The translations under genes and the position numbers were made by a program. The notes under the pieces are model-generated. The model had not been told where the DNA came from and did not search any database. It saw only the letters and a list, made by a program, of their open reading frames with translations. From contig NZ_JHXR01000045.1 in the NCBI RefSeq assembly GCF_000621645.1, forward strand, positions 1-7,030: a DNA stretch of 7,030 bases. Reading direction: 5' to 3'. This document shows, one piece after another, positions 6,676 to 7,030 of the stretch; the first letter of the stretch is position 1, and the number at the start of each line of letters is the position of its first letter. This stretch comes from Vibrio cholerae ATCC 14035 (lineage in GTDB: Bacteria > Pseudomonadota > Gammaproteobacteria > Enterobacterales > Vibrionaceae).

Positions 6676-6704
6676 GCAAAAAACCCAGTCCTAAGACTGG
6701 GTTT
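6676..6704 (-). terminator. Rho-independent terminator of the rrn operon (downstream of tRNA-Asp)
   Basis: The minus strand reads AAACCCAGTC-TTAG-GACTGGGTTT followed by TTTTGCTTTCT, about 10 nt after the tRNA-Asp CCA end. Confidence 0.75.
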
Positions 6705-6713
6705 CGTAATAAG

Positions 6714-6790
6714 TGGCGGAGCGGACGGGACTCGAACCCGCGACCCCCGGCGTGACAGGCCGGTATTCTAACCGACTGAACTACCGCTCC
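6714..6790 (-). tRNA. tRNA-Asp (anticodon GUC), 77 nt, CCA encoded; distal tRNA of an rrn operon
   Basis: Reverse complement: GGAGCGGTAGTTCAGTCGGTTAGAATACCGGCCTGTCACGCCGGGGGTCGCGGGTTCGAGTCCCGTCCGCTCCGCCA. It has anticodon loop CCTGTCACG and is near-identical to E. coli tRNA-Asp. Confidence 0.95.
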
Positions 6791-6813
6791 GCTGTCTGGT
6801 TAGACCAAATTAA

Positions 6814-6933
6814 AAGCCTGGCGATGTTCTACTCTCACATGGGGAAACCCCACACTACCATCGACGCTGTTTCGTTTCACTTCTGAGTTCGGGATGGAAT
6901 CAGGTGGGTCCAAAACGCTATGGTCGCCAAGCA
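6814..6933 (-). rRNA. rrf: 5S ribosomal RNA (~120 nt)
   Basis: Reverse complement: TGCTTGGCGACCATAGCGTTTTGGACCCACCTGATTCCATCCCGAACTCAGAAGTGAAACGAAACAGCGTCGATGGTAGTGTGGGGTTTCCCCATGTGAGAGTAGAACATCGCCAGGCTT. It aligns along its full length with E. coli 5S (CCGAACTCAGAAGTGAAAC, GATGGTAGTGTGGGG, the helix I termini TGCTTGGCG/CGCCAGGC). The ends are set by analogy and may be off by 1-2 nt. Confidence 0.93.
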
Positions 6934-6941
6934 AATTCTGT
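6932..6941 (-). promoter_or_regulatory. Putative RNase E processing site of the 9S-type 5S precursor (ACAGAAUUUG)
   Basis: The minus strand reads AAAAACAGAATT|TGCTTGG at the 5' edge of 5S. The decamer ACAGAATTTG is identical to the classical RNase E site 'a' of E. coli 9S RNA and sits at the same position relative to mature 5S. Confidence 0.45.
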
Positions 6942-7030
6942 TTTTGATTTCACTTTTTCTTAAAAAAAGTGATAACCAACAATTCTGGAAAGCTGTCTTC
7001 GTTCTCACACACATTCTTATGCGCTTAGCT
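6934..7030 (-). other. 23S-5S internal transcribed spacer (partial; 23S lies beyond the right edge)
   Basis: It sits directly upstream of 5S on the same strand. The conserved 23S 3' terminus (GAGGCTTAACC; plus-strand ggttaagcc) is not present in 6934-7030, so the 23S gene itself is not reached. The spacer contains an A/U-rich 9-bp hairpin at 6950-6972. Confidence 0.6.

Noticed and set aside
6990-7030. Possible 3' end of 23S rRNA at the right edge of the window
   Set aside because: The highly conserved 23S terminus (GAGGCTTAACC on the minus strand, ggttaagcctc on the plus strand) is absent from 6934-7030. The sequence is better explained as spacer.

Overview
This looks like a core housekeeping locus of a Vibrio-like gammaproteobacterium. 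The proteins and tRNAs look V. cholerae-like, but I cannot verify that without a database search. Left to right the window holds: the 5' part of EF-Tu (tufB, minus strand; it runs off the left edge, so it is missing from the ORF track) <- tRNA-Thr(GGU) <- tRNA-Gly(UCC) <- tRNA-Tyr(GUA) <- tRNA-Thr(UGU) <- an rrn-P1-like promoter | coaA -> | bidirectional terminator | <- birA <- murB (joined by an ATGA overlap) | small GNAT acetyltransferase -> pssA -> terminator | about 200 nt of unassigned spacer | terminator <- tRNA-Asp(GUC) <- 5S rRNA <- partial 23S-5S spacer, which is the distal end of an rrn operon. I found no mobile element, CRISPR array, integron-type repeat, defence or toxin-like gene, or obvious compositional break. 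I do not think this window contains a novel system. The points worth a second look are modest. (1) murB and the GNAT gene sit head to head, with only 12 nt between their start codons. (2) The GNAT gene has no assigned function and lies directly upstream of pssA. (3) coaA has no Shine-Dalgarno sequence, two close in-frame ATGs and a pyrimidine-rich leader. (4) About 200 nt between two convergent terminators is unexplained. (5) The gene order merges two rrn-linked neighbourhoods that are separate in E. coli. Every other ORF in the supplied track is an antisense or alternate-frame shadow of these genes.
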